Source: a bacterium (lineage in GTDB: Bacteria > Patescibacteriota > UBA1384 > VFKW01). From it: a stretch of DNA of 64,000 bases. Shown here one piece after another: positions 53,007 through 62,274 of the stretch. The position numbers were made by a program, and so were the translations under genes. Position 1 is the stretch's first letter; each line of letters begins with the position of its first letter. The stretch covers positions 177,165-241,164 of the forward strand of contig JAUSIS010000013.1 in the NCBI GenBank assembly GCA_030647355.1. The letters are read 5' to 3'. A model generated the notes under the pieces. It was not told the DNA's origin, did not search any database, and was given only the letters and a program-made list of their open reading frames with translations.

Positions 53007-53528
53007 TTACTGGCTCGTTTTATATACAAATAATTGATTACTAAGCAGCTCGTTTTCCGGTAGAACTCTTAATCCTTCCTCCAAGGTCTTTACCGCCTCA
53101 TCTTTAAGATCAAGCTTAAACTGAATTTCAGCTTTTTCAAGATAAAGAGTCACCTGTGAAGAATCTAGTTTGATGGCCGAATCCAAACTTTGCAGAGCAT
53201 CATTGAATTGCCCTTGATTCTTACTATCCATCGCATTCTGATAATAACTCGCCACCGTAGCTTGAGTTTTAGAAGTTATTGGTGGTTGAACCGTTGGTGT
53301 ACTGGTCGAGGGAGAACCTCCGCCGCCAGGGCTGCCGCCCTTAACGTCGGGTTCTGTTTGAGAAGGGGCTGTACTGCCAGGAACATCTGGCTGATCAACT
53401 TGCATCTGCACTGGCGGCTTTGTACTTTTCGGTTTGGAAGAACGAATAAAAATTAAGGAAACGCCCACACAGACAAGAACTATAATGGCTAAGATTACCA
53501 ATTTATGTTTGCCTAAAAATAACCCCAT
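53007..53528 (-). CDS. Membrane-anchored TPR protein
   Basis: N-terminal TM, Pro/Ser/Thr/Gly linker, two TPR-like repeats. Confidence 0.8.
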   Translation of the reverse strand: MGLFLGKHKLVILAIIVLVCVGVSLIFIRSSKPKSTKPPVQMQVDQPDVPGSTAPSQTEPDVKGGSPGGGGSPSTSTPTVQPPITSKTQATVASYYQNAMDSKNQGQFNDALQSLDSAIKLDSSQVTLYLEKAEIQFKLDLKDEAVKTLEEGLRVLPENELLSNQLFVYKTSQ

Positions 53529-53567
53529 CGATACTCCTCAATATCATTATAACACGCCAGGTAATCA

Positions 53568-54749
53568 TCAGTCACCATATCCTTTGAGATGGGTAGAATG
53601 CCACTTCCAGGCAGTTACTGCCATATCCGCCAAACTATATTTCGCTTTCCAGTTCAGCTTGTCGTTAGCTCGCTTGGGATTAGCATAAGAAACCGCCGGA
53701 TCCCCTGGACGCCGATCAACAACCTTGTAATTAATCTTTCTTCCGCTTGCCTTTTCCACCTCTGATAAAACTTCTAAGACTGAATATCCCGTGCCTGTGC
53801 CTAAATTAAACACATCCGATTTATCTCCATCAAGTAATAATTTAAGTGCTTTCACATGGCCATCCGCTAAATCTAGTGGATGAATATAATCTCTGACACC
53901 CGTTCCATCTTTTGTTGGATAATCGTTCCCAAATACTTGCAGCTTGCCCAAATTTCCTAAAATACTCAAGATAGTTCTTGTCATAAGATTCGTCGGTTCT
54001 GGCTTGTCATCCCCCATCTTGCCGTCCAAACTGGCTCCGCAAACATTGAAGTAACGGAGCGCTACGCATTTAATACCATAAAGTTTATCGTATTTTTCCA
54101 TAATTATTTCATCAAATAATTTGGTTAAACCATAAACCGATGAAGGTATCATAAGCTTAATTTTTTCTTCATCGGTAAGCAATAAATCTTGGCGCAAAGC
54201 AAACATTTGTTGGTAGCTCTCCAATATTTTTCCCAAAAACTCGTTTTTTTTCACTTTCTGCCCGTCCCAGTGACCTTCCAACAAACAAGACTTCCCGGGT
54301 TTAAAATCCTGCAAGTAATTCTCTTCCAGCGGAAAATATTTATCTTCCGGATCGCCATATACAGCTGCGGTTGAAGATTTAATAATATACTTACATCCCT
54401 TTTCTCTCATCACATCAAGCAGTTTAATGAAATTTTCCACATTATTTATCATGTATTTTTTGGGATTTTCCATTGATTCGCCCACCGACAAATAAGCCAC
54501 AAAATCAATCACTGCTTCAATTGGATATGTATCAAACACTCGTCTAACCCCTGCAATATCAGCTAAATCTACAATTTCCAGGTGCAATTTACTACTGACA
54601 CCAGACCCCTGACCACCTAGAGCGGCGCTTAGCGCCGCCTCATGCCCATTCTCTAAACTATCCAGCACCACAACTTCCCAGCCATTATTTATTAGTTCTC
54701 TAACTGTAAAACTGCCAATATAGCCAGCCCCACCAGTTACTAGAATCAT
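53568..54749 (-). CDS. galE: UDP-glucose 4-epimerase-like protein with insertions
   Basis: TGGAGYIGS, SSTAAVYG, YGLTK, LRYFN, RDYIH, FNLGTG. Confidence 0.88.
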   Translation of the reverse strand: MILVTGGAGYIGSFTVRELINNGWEVVVLDSLENGHEAALSAALGGQGSGVSSKLHLEIVDLADIAGVRRVFDTYPIEAVIDFVAYLSVGESMENPKKYMINNVENFIKLLDVMREKGCKYIIKSSTAAVYGDPEDKYFPLEENYLQDFKPGKSCLLEGHWDGQKVKKNEFLGKILESYQQMFALRQDLLLTDEEKIKLMIPSSVYGLTKLFDEIIMEKYDKLYGIKCVALRYFNVCGASLDGKMGDDKPEPTNLMTRTILSILGNLGKLQVFGNDYPTKDGTGVRDYIHPLDLADGHVKALKLLLDGDKSDVFNLGTGTGYSVLEVLSEVEKASGRKINYKVVDRRPGDPAVSYANPKRANDKLNWKAKYSLADMAVTAWKWHSTHLKGYGD

Positions 54750-54756
54750 AAAACTC

Positions 54757-55608
54757 CTATCTGGCTTTCAAATAATCTGCCAGCGCCGATTGCCAATCTC
54801 TCATTACTATCCCCAGATTAGCTAATTTTGCAGTAGACAGCACTGAATATTGTGGCCTTTTGGCCGGCCCTGGATATTCATTTGTAGAAATAGGGGAGAC
54901 CTTAATCTCTTTATTTACTAGCCTAAAAATCTCGCATGCGAAATCATACCAACTACAATGCCCGGAATTAACCGCATGGAAAACTCCGGTAACATTTTTA
55001 TCAATCAATTTTTTAATTGCTCCTGCCAAGTCTTTAGTGTAAGTAGGGGAGCCAACTTGGTCGTTAACCACTCCCAAAGTTGTTTTTTCTTCGGCTAATT
55101 TTAGCATGGTCTCAACAAAATTCTTTTTACTTCGAGCTCCATCGAGAAGCCCGTTTTCCCCATAAAGCCAAGCAGTTCGAGCAATAATGTATTCCGGTAA
55201 ATTAGAAATTCTTTTTTCGCCAGCTAACTTGCTTTTCCCGTAAATACTCTGCGGGTTGGTCTGATCGTTTTCTTTGTAGGGCTGTGTTGCTGTTCCGTCA
55301 AATACATAATCAGTCGAGACATAAACAACTTTAGCCCCAACCTCTTTTGCCAATTCTGCAACATTTTCAGTAGCTTCATCATTAATTAAAAAAGTGGTTT
55401 TTTGGTCTGATTCGGCACCGTCAACATTGGTGTACGCGGCTGCATGAATAATGACTGCTGGCTTAAATTCTCTGCCAACCTTGAGCACTTCCTCACGATT
55501 GGTAATATCCATCTCTTCTTTATCGGTTGCCAAAATCTCATCATCGGCAAATACTCTTTTCAACCAATAACCAAGCTGTCCGTTAGCCCCCGTAATTAAT
55601 ATTTTCAT
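54757..55608 (-). CDS. rfbD: dTDP-4-dehydrorhamnose reductase
   Basis: GANGQLG, AAYTNVD, STDYVFDG, YGKSK, DQVGSPT. Confidence 0.96.
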   Translation of the reverse strand: MKILITGANGQLGYWLKRVFADDEILATDKEEMDITNREEVLKVGREFKPAVIIHAAAYTNVDGAESDQKTTFLINDEATENVAELAKEVGAKVVYVSTDYVFDGTATQPYKENDQTNPQSIYGKSKLAGEKRISNLPEYIIARTAWLYGENGLLDGARSKKNFVETMLKLAEEKTTLGVVNDQVGSPTYTKDLAGAIKKLIDKNVTGVFHAVNSGHCSWYDFACEIFRLVNKEIKVSPISTNEYPGPAKRPQYSVLSTAKLANLGIVMRDWQSALADYLKAR

Positions 55609-55644
55609 TTTTCTCCTCTGATAAAAACAGGCTTCCTGCTACTT

Positions 55645-55742
55645 AATCGAGCATATGGTTATGAGGAGAGTTAAGCGTAGTGCCGTTCAAGTTGCGTTAG
55701 CAACCTGAACAAAACGCTCTCCGAATGACTATACGCTCGATT
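55645..55742 (+). repeat. Structured intergenic element, copy 2
   Basis: AATCGAGC...GCTCGATT closing stem; core shared with 15669-15764. Confidence 0.8.
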
Positions 55743-55764
55743 TATCATCCCTTTTCCTTAGTTA

Positions 55765-56778
55765 TTATCTATTACTATACTGCTTCTTATAATAATCCTG
55801 ATATTCGCCCGATTTTACTCTTTTCCACCAATCCTCATTATCCCGATACCATTGGACCGTTTTCTCCAACCAGTCTTCAAAATCATGCTCTGGCTCCCAA
55901 CCCAATTCCCGCCTGATTTTACTGGCATTAATCGCATATTTTACATCATGTCCGGGACGATCTCCTACCATTTCAATCTTATCTTCACTCTCTCCCAGTA
56001 TTTTCAGGATCATCCTCGCCACTTCCAAGTTGGTATATTCCCGATGCTGGCTGCCCACCAGATATGTTTCACCTATTTTACCCTTTTCCAAAACCAAATC
56101 TATGGCACGGCAGTGATCAGTCACATAAAGCCAGTCGCGTACCTGATTCCCTGGTTTATAAATGGGGATTTTTTTACCTTCCAAAATATTAGTAACTGCC
56201 AATGGAATAAGTTTCTCCGGAAAGTGATATGGTCCAAAATTATTTGAGCAGTTAGTAATAGTAATCGGCAAGCCGTAAGTGATGTGATATGCCCGCACCA
56301 AATGGTCAGAAGCCGCCTTGCTTGCCGCATAAGGACTACGCGGGTTATATGGACTGTCCTCCACCCATTCTTCCTTAGAATCCAGCTCAATCATCCCATA
56401 AACTTCATCAGTCGAAACATGATGAAACCTTTGTACCTTTAATTCTTTGGCAACATTCAGCAAAACCTGCGTTCCGATCACATTGGTTCGGACAAAAACC
56501 GCCGGACCGGTAATACTCCTGTCAACATGCGATTCTGCGGCAAAATGCACTACTATATCGCAGCCTTGCATAGCCGATTTCACATGCTCATATTCACAGA
56601 TATCACCCTTAACGAATCTATATCTTCCATCCCCGTCAATCTCTTTTAAATTCTCCAAATTTCCCGCATAGGTCAGCGCATCAAAATTAACGATCTCGAT
56701 ATCGCTATGCTCATTAAGCATATAACGAATAAAATTCGACCCGATAAATCCGGCTCCTCCGGTTACAAAAAGTTTCAT
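55765..56778 (-). CDS. rfbB: dTDP-glucose 4,6-dehydratase
   Basis: GGAGFIGS, LTYAGN, AAESHVDRS, STDEVYG, YAASK, DRPGHD. Confidence 0.97.
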   Translation of the reverse strand: MKLFVTGGAGFIGSNFIRYMLNEHSDIEIVNFDALTYAGNLENLKEIDGDGRYRFVKGDICEYEHVKSAMQGCDIVVHFAAESHVDRSITGPAVFVRTNVIGTQVLLNVAKELKVQRFHHVSTDEVYGMIELDSKEEWVEDSPYNPRSPYAASKAASDHLVRAYHITYGLPITITNCSNNFGPYHFPEKLIPLAVTNILEGKKIPIYKPGNQVRDWLYVTDHCRAIDLVLEKGKIGETYLVGSQHREYTNLEVARMILKILGESEDKIEMVGDRPGHDVKYAINASKIRRELGWEPEHDFEDWLEKTVQWYRDNEDWWKRVKSGEYQDYYKKQYSNR

Positions 56779-56779
56779 G

Positions 56780-57262
56780 TTACTCCTCTTTTAGTAAATC
56801 CCAATCAAATCCTATTTCCTTATCATATGGATCAATTCTCTCTTCGTCCGGATTCGTGCTGTCGTAGGCTTTCGTTACATGATAAAAAAGCAAACATGGT
56901 TCTTTTGACAATACCTTGTAACCGTGCACCACTCCGACCGGAATCAAAACCAACTTATAGTCATCAGTTCCGCCATAAATCACATCCGTCTGACCATGCG
57001 TTAGGGAATCTTTCCTTTGATCATATAATACTATCGCCGCCTTGCCGGAAGCCAGAAACCATAAATCATCTTGATATTTGTGCCAATGAAACGCCTTTAT
57101 TGTACCCGTGTGGGCAATCGTAAAATTACTCTGTCCAAATTTAGACATCAAATTATCGTCATCCCGCAAAACTTCCATCAAAACACCGGGTTTGATGTCT
57201 TGTTTTAAATCCGGCTTATCTTCCCAAACCTTCAGTTCTTTAATTTTCACTCCATCTATCAT
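56780..57262 (-). CDS. rfbC: dTDP-4-dehydrorhamnose 3,5-epimerase family (SpsL-like)
   Basis: IKAFHWH, DQRKDS, IPVGVVHG; rhamnose cluster context. Confidence 0.85.
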   Translation of the reverse strand: MIDGVKIKELKVWEDKPDLKQDIKPGVLMEVLRDDDNLMSKFGQSNFTIAHTGTIKAFHWHKYQDDLWFLASGKAAIVLYDQRKDSLTHGQTDVIYGGTDDYKLVLIPVGVVHGYKVLSKEPCLLFYHVTKAYDSTNPDEERIDPYDKEIGFDWDLLKEE

Positions 57263-57410
57263 CTTTCTACCTTCCTCGCTTAGTTAGTTATTCTTTGTTA
57301 AAAACCCTCGCGCAGACCGAAGCGGGCATGGTGTCGCAAAGCGACGAGCAAGGACGAGCGGGAGCGCAATTTTCTCGCTGGGAAAATTGATAGCGTGTTT
57401 TCGGCAAAGC

Positions 57411-58133
57411 TTAACTAACCGTTTGTTTGGCCTTCTCCGCCATAATATTACTAATACTCAAAAGTCCCTCAAATGTCCCCGCATCTTCCCAAACACCTTC
57501 AATAATATTTACTTTCAATTCTTTCATCTGTAAAAACACATTATTCAAATCGGTTATTTCAATCTCTCCTCGAGCGGATGGCTTCAAATTCTTCGCCAAC
57601 TGAATCACCTGATTATCGTAAACATATAACCCCACCACCGCATAGTTGCTTTTTGGCTTTGTTGGCTTCTCTTCGATCGAGAGAACGCTCATTTTGTCGT
57701 CAAAATCCACTACTCCGAACCTCTCCGGATCTTCCACCTCTTTGGCAAATACCATCCCGCCTTTTTCAAACGATTTAATCTGCTTAGTAAAATCGTGGTC
57801 AAAGATATTATCACCCAAAATCATTGCAACTGACTCCTCGCCTATAAAATCCTCACCTACAATGAATGCATCTGCCAATCCTCTGGGTTCCTCTTGAATC
57901 GCATAACTGAATTTAGCCCCAAAATCTTTGCCTGAACCCAAAAGATGCATAAAATGGCCGGCATGTTCCGGTGCTACGATAATTAATATCTCCTCAATAC
58001 CAGCTTTTACCAATGTCTCAAGCGGATAAAAAATCATCGGCTTGTTATACACCGGCAATAACTGCTTGGAGGTGACTTTAGTTAGCGGTCTAAGTCGTGT
58101 TGCTTTCCCTCCCGCTAAAACAATCCCTTTCAT
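57411..58133 (-). CDS. rfbA: Glucose-1-phosphate thymidylyltransferase (short form)
   Basis: LAGGKATRLRPLT..SKQL, GLADA, LGDN, EEKP, RGEIEITD, DAGT. Confidence 0.93.
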   Translation of the reverse strand: MKGIVLAGGKATRLRPLTKVTSKQLLPVYNKPMIFYPLETLVKAGIEEILIIVAPEHAGHFMHLLGSGKDFGAKFSYAIQEEPRGLADAFIVGEDFIGEESVAMILGDNIFDHDFTKQIKSFEKGGMVFAKEVEDPERFGVVDFDDKMSVLSIEEKPTKPKSNYAVVGLYVYDNQVIQLAKNLKPSARGEIEITDLNNVFLQMKELKVNIIEGVWEDAGTFEGLLSISNIMAEKAKQTVS

Positions 58134-58277
58134 ATTTTCCTTTCTGACTCAAATTTTCTTTACTTCGAGTTTGCATAGCCCTTCCTCATCATTGCGAGCG
58201 TAATGTGGCAATCTTTCCCTTTCCCAACTTACTTCTTACTGCTTATTGCTTAATTCTTACTAACTTGCCGGCCTTTC

Positions 58278-58832
58278 TTAAAATCTCAAAAAATGTCTAA
58301 CTTTATCTGTAACATGTTCACTCGCCGTTGGATGTTCGGGTAAATACCTTAGTAAAAAATGCCTGACTTCCTCGACCGGCTGATCCTCCAGCAAGAGTGA
58401 TAGGGGTAAGCCAACTTCCACTTTCTCAAAGTGTGCAACCGGACTTGGCTGCTCCGTTATCCAGAAAGATTTCAACTTATCATAGCTATAAACATATCCC
58501 ATGATAACCACGCCATTCTGCCCCAATTCAGCTTTGAATTTTCTCGGCTCGATATGTCCATATTGTGCGAACACAAAGATGAGCAAAATCATTACCAGAA
58601 TTAATGAGTAATCGGCTAAAGTCAACTGATACCCAAAATACTGCGCGGCCGCTACAAACAGGAAAGATAACCCTAGAATCAAAATAACTATTCCAAAGAT
58701 CCAGTACTGATTCTTTGAGTAGTAGTGAAATTCTGCCGCCTCCCAATTAATACTCTCTTTAGGCGCTAGACGTTCTATATGTTTATACTTTTTCTTAATG
58801 TTCTTCTTGGTAATATCCGTGCATTTTTTCAT
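58278..58832 (-). CDS. Membrane protein (DUF5673-like, PH-like C-terminus)
   Basis: WEAAEF..YSK..YW, 2 TMs, YSYDKLKSFW; GGAGG RBS. Confidence 0.75.
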   Translation of the reverse strand: MKKCTDITKKNIKKKYKHIERLAPKESINWEAAEFHYYSKNQYWIFGIVILILGLSFLFVAAAQYFGYQLTLADYSLILVMILLIFVFAQYGHIEPRKFKAELGQNGVVIMGYVYSYDKLKSFWITEQPSPVAHFEKVEVGLPLSLLLEDQPVEEVRHFLLRYLPEHPTASEHVTDKVRHFLRF

Positions 58833-59022
58833 TTTCCCCTCCTATCTCGAGCAAGCCGAGATAATTACTCACCTGTAATATATCATTGATAGTAAGTGTT
58901 AGTCAATAAAGTTTTATTATCGATGGCAAAAGAAATAATTAAAAAATTACAGTAATCACGCCAGATAAACCACCAGCACACCTGAAATACCTCAAATATT
59001 TGAGATTTTACCATCAATCACA

Positions 59023-59049
59023 TGGCGGGACACCCGGGTCTAGAACCTT
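59023..59049 (-). repeat. AGGTTCTAGACCCGAGTGTCCCGC repeat, copy 3
   Basis: Matches 60828-60852 and 62058-62084 with 1-2 differences. Confidence 0.85.
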
Positions 59050-59082
59050 TATTTACTTCAATATCTCTTTCTTCCCCCTACT

Positions 59083-59649
59083 TTATTGTGCGGCTGGCAA
59101 TTCGGGTGGTAGGGATTGTTGATACAATGTTTGCAACCAGTACGTACCTAGTATTACTAAGCCGACTACTATGATAATAGATAGGATAAAAACAACAACA
59201 CCCCATTTCGTCCATGATTGCTGGACGGCCTTAAATTGTTCCACGTTTTCAAACTTACGGTTCTTCCATGCCCATTCATTACCTTTAATTCCCAGAATGA
59301 TAGCTACGACTAAGGTCATCGGACCAATTAGAGTTAAGAGTATGACACAGATTTGATAGGCAATTGACCAAGCTTGTACGCTACCGTTAATACCAATGAT
59401 ACCCAGGATAACGGTTATAGCTAAACTTAATGGCCCAATGAGAGCAAATAATCCAATCCAAACCCGATTGCCGATTGACCAAATCCATGTCAAGGAAAAA
59501 GCGCCCCAATTCCATCGATTTAACTCTGGAGGAAAAGGTCTATTAGAGCCACCGGCACTCGGAGTTGCATTAGCAGAGGGACCAGTCAGCCTAGACAAAG
59601 TATTGTCTGCAGACGAGGCAGGGGACGTCGAAGATATAGTTTCTTCCAT
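59083..59649 (-). CDS. Membrane protein with WNWGAF motif
   Basis: RWNWGAF, GIKGNEWAW, VEQFKAVQQSW; AGGAGG RBS. Confidence 0.85.
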   Translation of the reverse strand: MEETISSTSPASSADNTLSRLTGPSANATPSAGGSNRPFPPELNRWNWGAFSLTWIWSIGNRVWIGLFALIGPLSLAITVILGIIGINGSVQAWSIAYQICVILLTLIGPMTLVVAIILGIKGNEWAWKNRKFENVEQFKAVQQSWTKWGVVVFILSIIIVVGLVILGTYWLQTLYQQSLPPELPAAQ

Positions 59650-59690
59650 GTTTCCTCCTTATCTATTATACCTGCCAAGTAAGTGATCCT

Positions 59691-59710
59691 TGGCGGAAGG
59701 GGTGGGATTC
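59691..59710 (-). other. tRNA-Ser-type 3'-end fragment (att-like)
   Basis: Minus strand GAATCCCACCCCTTCCGCCA; begins exactly at the T-loop TTC^GAAT junction. Confidence 0.75.
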
Positions 59711-59862
59711 CTCCTCCCCCGTCGTTTCACTGTGCTGCCGCACCCTGGGCGCTCACATCTCGCTCCCGCCGCATTTGTGCTCGTTATTCCTCGCACGCGG
59801 CCCTCCGGGGCCTGGGAGTCTCGCTGACGGCTCACAAGAAATATTCGCCTTTCCTCCACCTT

Positions 59863-60807
59863 TTACTGCTCATTTTTAAAAAAAGACTCAGCCTGTTTAA
59901 ATGATTTTTCTAGAATATCCAATTGTTCATTTAATCCGTAAAGTGGCGATGTAAGAGATCGCAATCTGAGAACCAATGTATTGGTATCTTCTGAATTTAC
60001 AACTTCATCGGGTCTAAACTCAGGATGTTCAGGATATTGATGCACATGAGCCATAAATGAATCAATATCTTCTTTCACATTTTTTATCGTAATCAAAAAT
60101 AAAGTCCTACTATGGTCAAACCCTTGTCTCTGTTGGCTAATTATTTTTGGATCAACCTTATCAAAATTATCCAGTTGTTTAATTGATGTATCGTGGAGCG
60201 TATTAATCCGTAGCTCAGTCCTCTTAACTTCATCTAGTACTTCAGATTGCACTTTCTCTAATCGTGCAATAACCTCTTCAAATGTGTACCCCTTTTCGGT
60301 AGTAGCTGAGTTTTGGGCAAGCTGTTCGCCTATTTCATGATTTAACTGTATTTTTTCCTTTCCTGTTTGTGCAGCCTTACTGGCCCACTCTTGAGTATCG
60401 GTCGAGATCGGCTCACCGGCAGCTTGTAATATTTTTTCAGCTAACTCGTCCTGCAATATCATTACTTCTCGCTCCAAGTCCTCGCATTCCCTATGCTCCT
60501 TAGGCTCTTGATTATCATCCATAAATCTGTTATTTACCGATATCATAGATCGTAAAAAACTTGCTTCCGATTTACTTGCTCTTAGTTCCGGGACTTTCTC
60601 GGCAAACCCACAGGCAAAAAGCAAACTTTCGGTGTCTTTAATAGTATCACCTGTCAATTCAATTTTAGACAATTCTCTCTTCTGGAGTTCCAGTTTCTCT
60701 CTCGTCGACAAAGTGGGTAATTTACCTTCCTTCTCCCAATCAAACCCGTTGACACCCGGTTCATGTTCCACGATAACCTCCTCATATTTTATTTCTAAAT
60801 CAAGCAA
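59863..60807 (-). CDS. Hypothetical acidic helical protein
   Basis: 314-aa ORF without recognised motif; start uncertain. Confidence 0.7.
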   Translation of the reverse strand: MLDLEIKYEEVIVEHEPGVNGFDWEKEGKLPTLSTREKLELQKRELSKIELTGDTIKDTESLLFACGFAEKVPELRASKSEASFLRSMISVNNRFMDDNQEPKEHRECEDLEREVMILQDELAEKILQAAGEPISTDTQEWASKAAQTGKEKIQLNHEIGEQLAQNSATTEKGYTFEEVIARLEKVQSEVLDEVKRTELRINTLHDTSIKQLDNFDKVDPKIISQQRQGFDHSRTLFLITIKNVKEDIDSFMAHVHQYPEHPEFRPDEVVNSEDTNTLVLRLRSLTSPLYGLNEQLDILEKSFKQAESFFKNEQ

Positions 60808-60827
60808 TAACCAGGGAAATATTCTAA

Positions 60828-60852
60828 GCGGGACACTCGGGTCTAAAACCTT
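60828..60852 (-). repeat. AGGTTCTAGACCCGAGTGTCCCGC repeat, copy 2
   Basis: ~35 nt downstream of tRNA-Ser(GCT). Confidence 0.85.
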
Positions 60853-60888
60853 CTGACCCTGTCCTCTGCCACCTGTCTTCTGGATTTG

Positions 60889-60975
60889 CGGTGAGGGTGG
60901 GATTCGAACCCACGGAGCCCTTACGAGCTCAACATCTTAGCAGGATGCTGCCTTCAACCTCTCGGCCACCTCACC
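60889..60975 (-). tRNA. tRNA-Ser (anticodon GCT)
   Basis: GGTGAGG/CCTCACC acceptor, GCATC-CTGCTAA-GATGT anticodon arm, long variable arm, GTGGG-TTCGAAT-CCCAC, G73; no encoded CCA. Confidence 0.95.
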
Positions 60976-61980
60976 ATATGAATCCAAATACTTCTTAATA
61001 TGTTTAGGATTGTGACTTCCTATTTCTTGAAAATATTTTCTAACATCCTTGGTATCATACAATCTTAAATCTCCACGACAATCTACCTTAGGATGAATAC
61101 CAATCTGCTCTAAAATTATCTTGACCGATTCTATCAAATTCACTGACCGTGAGCTAAATCCTATTTTATAATAAATGTATTGCTTACCTCTCACGGAATA
61201 TCTATGCTTGTACACACATCCATCTGTATCAACCAACCCCCTAACACAAGCTAACGAATATTTCATATCCTTCTTGATCCATTCCGGAATATCAATTTGA
61301 TGTTTAACCTTATTACCCTTAACCAATCCATTCTTTAATAAATACGCTACTAAATTTTTTCTAGAAACCTGAATATTTACTACGGAATTTCGAATTATTT
61401 CGCTGGGCTGAATTCTAAAAAGTTTTATCATCAATTGACAAACATATTTTGCATATTCCCGATCGTCAACCCGATTTAAAGTGATTGTAACCTGATAATC
61501 TGTAATTCCACCATCACCAATCAGTATCCCAAACATTTCTGCTAAATTCACACTTTTTTTGGGGAACAAGACTATTTTTGGACAGCTTATGCTATTTGTC
61601 GAAAAACGCCCTTTGGTTAGCCACCATTCCTCCCACCCTTTTCTCCTTTTCTCCGGATCAGTACAAATTGTTCCATATTTTCTGATTGTTGTCTCTGCAC
61701 CTAATCGGGCAGCTTTTTTTGTTGACCAAAAAGCCGGACGAATTTCAACATCATCTGGTATTTTTATTCCCATATGGCTAACCAACTTATCAACCGCCTT
61801 CTCCGTCATCGAAAAACGCTCCCTCTTCCAATCTGTCAAAGTCCGAACTCCAACTTCGCAGAATACAGACAATTCTAAATTTGACCCAAACACACCCATT
61901 GCTCTGTTTAAAAACTCTGCCTGCTTCCCCTTTAGGAATAACACGCGATTAGAATAATCTTTTTTAATCAATTCCGCCAT
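60937..61980 (-). CDS. LAGLIDADG-family endonuclease with N-terminal HTH-like region
   Basis: Two motifs LAEMFGILIGDGGI and CVRGLVDTDGCV; ORF runs into tRNA-Ser(GCT). Confidence 0.88.
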   Translation of the reverse strand: MAELIKKDYSNRVLFLKGKQAEFLNRAMGVFGSNLELSVFCEVGVRTLTDWKRERFSMTEKAVDKLVSHMGIKIPDDVEIRPAFWSTKKAARLGAETTIRKYGTICTDPEKRRKGWEEWWLTKGRFSTNSISCPKIVLFPKKSVNLAEMFGILIGDGGITDYQVTITLNRVDDREYAKYVCQLMIKLFRIQPSEIIRNSVVNIQVSRKNLVAYLLKNGLVKGNKVKHQIDIPEWIKKDMKYSLACVRGLVDTDGCVYKHRYSVRGKQYIYYKIGFSSRSVNLIESVKIILEQIGIHPKVDCRGDLRLYDTKDVRKYFQEIGSHNPKHIKKYLDSYGEVAERLKAASC

Positions 61981-62029
61981 ATTTCCATTATACTATGTTT
62001 TAAATGTACAATACAGCATCCCGGCCAAG

Positions 62030-62046
62030 CGGTGGGGGTGAGATTC
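62030..62046 (-). other. tRNA-Ser-type 3'-end fragment
   Basis: Minus strand GAATCTCACCCCCACCG. Confidence 0.7.
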
Positions 62047-62057
62047 GTCCAGCTCTT

Positions 62058-62084
62058 TGGCGGGACACTCGGGCCTAGAACCTT
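62058..62084 (-). repeat. AGGTTCTAGACCCGAGTGTCCCGC repeat, copy 1
   Basis: Matches copies at 60828 and 59023. Confidence 0.85.
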
Positions 62085-62090
62085 GTAAGT

Positions 62091-62171
62091 CCTTCGACTC
62101 GATTCCTCGCTCAGGACATTCGTCTCGTTTGCTCCCTGGTCGAAGACCATGAGCGAGCAAAGCGAGTCGAA
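62091..62171. repeat. REP-like palindromic element directly after the tRNA CCA
   Basis: TTCGACTCG...CTCGCTCA / TGAGCGAG...CGAGTCGAA arms. Confidence 0.7.
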
Positions 62172-62261
62172 TGGCGGAGAGTGCAGGATTCGAACCTGCG
62201 AGAGTCTCTCGACCCTTCTGGTTTTCAAGACCAGCGCCATCAACCACTCGGCCAACTCTCC
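62172..62261 (-). tRNA. tRNA-Ser (anticodon TGA)
   Basis: GGAGAGT/ACTCTCC acceptor, CTGGT-CTTGAAA-ACCAG, long variable arm, GCAGG-TTCGAAT-CCTGC, GCCA end. Confidence 0.96.
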
Positions 62262-62274
62262 ACAAAGGGCTGGA

